The notes under the pieces were generated by a model. The model ran no database searches, was not told the DNA's origin, and was given only the letters and a program-made list of their open reading frames with translations. Shown piece after piece: positions 62,853 through 64,000 of a stretch of DNA of 64,000 nt; within the stretch, counting starts at the first letter, position 1; each line of letters begins with the position of its first letter. Both the position numbers and the translations under genes were made by a program. The stretch comes from Thermoplasmata archaeon (lineage in GTDB: Archaea; Thermoplasmatota; Thermoplasmata; Lutacidiplasmatales; UBA184). The stretch lies in NCBI GenBank assembly GCA_028864975.1, contig JAGWLG010000008.1, positions 1-64,000 on the forward strand. Direction: 5' to 3'.

Positions 62853-64000
62853 ATGACGGACAATGACCTCGTGAGCTACCCGCGAACCGGGCGCGATGGT
62901 CTCCTCGCGGCAGTTCAGACGCCGCAGTCCCTAGCGGACTATCTCTTCAACCTCGAAGGCTTCATCGCCACTTTCACCGGGGCCGACCCGACGCCCCATA
63001 GCGTCCTCGCCCCCATCACGTTCCTGGAGGGCGTGACCTTTGCTGGAGGGGTGACCTTCAGCGGCGGCGGTGGATTGGTCGGGTGCGTCCCCATCGACTC
63101 CATCTGCCCACCCTCGGGAACTCTGACCGTCAACGGGAACCTGACCGTGACCGGTGCGGAGACCATCGACCTCACGGAGACCGTTCTCGGGCTCTTGACC
63201 GTCAATGTCGCGGCCGGCAACATTGCGGAGTTCCAGGTCGGGGGGGTGACCAAGGCGCACATCGACGCCAACGGGACGTACCAAGCCGGTGGCTCCAGCG
63301 GCTACGGGCTCTCCGGCATCAGCATCGACGCCGGTGTTGTGTCGTACAACGTCACGCTTCAGGATGGGTCCACGGTCCGCTTCACCAGTGAACTTGTCGC
63401 GGGGTACACCGCCGGAGCCGCCGAGGTGTGGACCCTGGCGACGCAGAACGTCGGGTTCCCGCTTGCGACGCTGTACGGCGGCGCCGCCACGGCCGGAACC
63501 ATCCAGCTTTGGGGCCGGGCCGGGACGGACTACGCCGCTATCAACATCCTCGGCGGACTCGGGGGAGCCTTCCAGGCTATCGCTGACCCCAGCGGGGACT
63601 CCGTGTACTACGCCTACTCCTACCTGCGCGGAGGACAGGCAGCGTCACTACCCATCCAGGGGTACAACGGAGCGGCGTTCGTTACCGTGGCGACACTGAC
63701 CCAAGCGGCGACACCGACGTTCGACCTCGCGGCCGGGAGGTTGACCGGGGGATTCAATCTCAATGCGCAGACCCTCACCGGGAACGCTATCCTGACAGGG
63801 TTCCCCTACGCGCTCTCCGGCACCACCCTCGCCACCGGAGGGACCATCCTCCAGGCGTTCAGCGATGGGGGAGGCGTGCACATCATGGATATGCTACTCG
63901 CCGGGACGGTCCTCTCGTTCGACAGCAACTCTACCATCCCCATCAGCAAGAACCCCACCTATCAGTTTGGGAAGAACGTAAATGTCGTCTTTCCAATCGG
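62853..64000 (+). CDS. beta-rich fibre/receptor-binding-like protein (truncated at window end)
   Basis: Manual translation MTDNDLVSYP...GTLTVNGNLTVTG...; open to the window edge. Confidence 0.7.
   Translation, partial: MTDNDLVSYPRTGRDGLLAAVQTPQSLADYLFNLEGFIATFTGADPTPHSVLAPITFLEGVTFAGGVTFSGGGGLVGCVPIDSICPPSGTLTVNGNLTVTGAETIDLTETVLGLLTVNVAAGNIAEFQVGGVTKAHIDANGTYQAGGSSGYGLSGISIDAGVVSYNVTLQDGSTVRFTSELVAGYTAGAAEVWTLATQNVGFPLATLYGGAATAGTIQLWGRAGTDYAAINILGGLGGAFQAIADPSGDSVYYAYSYLRGGQAASLPIQGYNGAAFVTVATLTQAATPTFDLAAGRLTGGFNLNAQTLTGNAILTGFPYALSGTTLATGGTILQAFSDGGGVHIMDMLLAGTVLSFDSNSTIPISKNPTYQFGKNVNVVFPI

Overview
This 64 kb window is GC-rich and looks like part of a large archaeal virus or other extrachromosomal element. 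The archaeal call is an inference from archaeal-type TATA and GGAGGTGA signals, RHH and AbrB regulators, and UbiA and geranylgeranyl-reductase lipid genes; a Thermoplasmata-like host is plausible but unproven. I recognised no terminase, portal, HK97 capsid, polymerase or integrase, and no tRNA, rRNA or CRISPR array. Bases 1-31260 are one minus-strand run of mostly small accessory genes: a RavA/ViaA-like pair, a TopoVI-A-like TOPRIM protein, an HNH nuclease, an RNA ligase, DUF3846 and many Zn fingers. The standout is a Cas7/RAMP-like gene (8632-9210) flanked by two hairpin-led arrays of 5-nt GGY-NN units (15 and 16 units) and followed by a DUF559/Vsr-like nuclease. This resembles a VIPR-type non-contiguous RNA-guide system. 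Other unexplained structure includes a period-4 GRY-N array (22705-22772), 15 copies of a hairpin+CGAGGGTGG element that divide 25.5-31.3 kb into cassettes, and a hairpin-dense non-coding strand-switch region of about 1.6 kb. The right half holds JAB, Mrp/NBP35, a divergent Erv1/Alr oxidase, two UbiA prenyltransferases, a geranylgeranyl reductase, a RelE toxin-antitoxin module and putative virion proteins. It also holds an intact 6,185-bp cargo transposon (12-bp TIRs, 9-bp TSD) carrying a restriction-modification-like module with a circularly permuted C5 methyltransferase. All family calls come from reading motifs by eye; no searches were run.
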